Source: Epithemia pelagica
Lineage: Eukaryota > Protista > Bacillariophyta
Length of the DNA: 64,000 bases
Direction of reading: 5' to 3'
NCBI GenBank assembly: GCA_946965045.2
Contig: OX337237.1
Location: 1,922,001-1,986,000, forward strand
In this document: one piece after another, positions 62,601-64,000 of the stretch
Layout: each line of letters begins with the position of its first letter
Numbering within the stretch: the stretch's first letter is position 1
Notes under the pieces: generated by a model
Told to the model about the DNA's origin: nothing
Database searches by the model: none
The model's input: only the letters and a program-made list of their open reading frames with translations
Made by a program: the position numbers and the translations under genes

Positions 62601-63456
62601 GATGGAATCAGAGTTCCTTGTTTTTCGGTATATTCCAAAGGAACTGCTATTCGCCCAGGTTTTGGAAAATCACTCAATTTATTCTTTAAAAAACGCGAAA
62701 CAACAGTCTCCCGTTTTGGTTGTTTCGTTTCGAAAAAAGACGGACCGCATCGAATATATATCTCTCTAGCCCATGATACAATTTGGTCAAAAAGATAATT
62801 CGGACATCCCGCTGAGCGCAGTATCAAAAGAAGCAATGTAAGGGCACGGTCATCCTCTGAAACCACCACGGTATCATGTTCCAAAAACAGTGGAAAATTG
62901 ATTGGATTTATCTTTGAATTGAAGTTGATAATAGTTCTCATGTCTCCTGGCATATTACTATTCAGGTTGTTGGTTTTTGCAGGATCTCTCTCTTTCATTG
63001 TCGTCTCTTGCTCTTGGTCTTCCTATGACACATCATGCCTGTCCTGCATGAGTCCATCTTTCCTGCTCCTGTCCTGTATCAAACTATCTTCATCCATGTC
63101 CAAGTTCTCATCGAGTAAGTCTTCATATGTCATTGTTGTTTGAACAATTTCATTGTCAAAATGATAGATACTTTTTCAGCCACTGTCGAGTTCTCACCAA
63201 TATTATATTCAATTTGATCACCATGACCTTCATCAACACCAAGCTCTGTAATATATTGACAAGAACTACCTTCATCCGTTGGATGTGTTGTTCGTGTATT
63301 ACTTTGTTTACCAATCAATGACTGTTTCGATCTATGAAATCCTTCACCACAAAACGTGCAAAAACGATCATACTTCCCGCTATTCGATAATGTATATCTT
63401 GATTGCTCTGGATTCTCATTTGTACCGTGTGGGAGTTGCTTCCTCTTTCTCCCCAT
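59653..63456 (-). pseudogene. Plavaka-like (CACTA-related) transposase, inactivated
   Basis: YTDKTH...FTAEPVV, AIKGDAKSQDNLVGRY, CDVMHTLKTG and KF..YH...FG...ESNHK motifs. Lesions: 45-bp and 7-bp deletions, TAG at ~63022, a frameshift at ~61430 and a 50-bp duplication. Confidence 0.8.
60998..61099 (+). repeat. 50-bp tandem duplication that frameshifts the transposase
   Basis: GCATTC.TTGAAGTTGCATTGCTTTCCCAGAAAACATCCTTA.GCACCCA x2; KDVFWESNATS appears in two frames. Confidence 0.95.
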
Positions 63457-64000
63457 GGCCGTTCTAAAGTTTTCTTGTTATTCCCTTTGGAATCGAATAC
63501 AATGCAACAACCAACGAAGGTGGACGAAGAAAATAATGACATCAGTGTCGTGCGTACTTAGGTACGTGGTCAACCCTGCTTCCGGGGGAGAAATATTATA
63601 AATATTTCTGGGGGATATAACGGTCGAAAATTTTTTTTCAACACTGGAAAGAAAATTCGTTGCAAGCGTGCAGGTCTAAAACGGGAAACCTGATTTCTCG
63701 GCTGTTGGCAAAATTTCAAACTGAAATAAATACAGAACGATTCCAACCAAAGCAAGTAAAAGAATTTCAAACCATGATACCAACCTAGTCTGAAGACGAT
63801 GTGTTTTGAAACCTGGAACCAGGACTCGTTGTTTCTTTCTAGTTCATTGATTTGGAACAGTGCTCAGGTTACCCATAAAGTGAAAGAAGTGTGGACAAAA
63901 AGGCAACGACCGGTAGACGCGTACAGGTGGATCGAGGAGGAAGCAGTGCCCGTCAAAAGGCAATGAGTGACCGCAACCAAGCATACAGAGACAGACGCGA
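63042..64000 (+). repeat. Direct repeat of 1-1011
   Basis: Alignment by eye gives ~11 substitutions plus 7-bp and 45-bp deletions, all within the first ~480 bp. The remainder is identical. Confidence 0.98.

Larger units (their letters stand above)
49777..64000. mobile_element. Large Plavaka/CACTA-like DNA transposon, copy 2 (runs off the window; ~16.6 kb reconstructed, ~14.6 kb without the mariner)
   Basis: Candidate TIR at 49777, subterminal repeats, a cargo gene on +, a transposase on -, and overlap with copy 1 that supplies the right end. Confidence 0.75.

Noticed and set aside
3330-63770. Most 60-180 aa ORFs in the six-frame track
   Set aside because: They are antisense or alternative frames of TE fragments and repeats (e.g. 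52015-52609 opposite the 69-bp repeat), with no independent motifs.
1-64000. Circular 63-kb replicon or perfect tandem unit implied by the matching window ends
   Set aside because: The copies differ by substitutions and deletions, and candidate termini at 3305 and 49777 explain the match as two insertions of one element.

Overview
Eukaryotic, entirely transposon-derived DNA, most likely from a diatom or other stramenopile. The organism call is inferred from Copia/CoDi-, Ambal- and CRE-like protein motifs and short GT-AG introns; no database search was possible. I found no rRNA, tRNA, CRISPR array or clearly intact host gene. The window has four parts. (1) 1-3305 is the right end of a large Plavaka/CACTA-like DNA transposon. 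(2) 3306-9657 is a degenerate Copia LTR retrotransposon (LTR, PBS, gag, protease) truncated by that element. (3) 9658-49776 is a ~40 kb mosaic of short fragments, mostly ~150-800 bp and abruptly joined in both orientations. They come from about 12 TE superfamilies: Copia, DIRS/Ngaro-like YR, CRE, Ambal-like LINE, Penelope, hAT, PiggyBac, Pogo, PIF/Harbinger, MULE, Helitron-type PIF1 and Plavaka. No full-length element is present, and some joins show microhomology or short tandem duplications. (4) 49777-64000 is a second, direct copy of the Plavaka-like element (~16.6 kb reconstructed). It has a pseudogenised transposase and a large cargo gene with 23-aa repeats, two Ulp1-like modules and a RING-H2, and this gene is interrupted by an intact 1926-bp mariner. 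Bases 1-1011 match 63042-64000. The TE-fragment mosaic is the best candidate for an undescribed system, possibly a piRNA-cluster-like TE memory locus. Nested-TE decay and assembly chimerism remain alternatives. Fragment boundaries are approximate and family calls come from motif recognition by eye.
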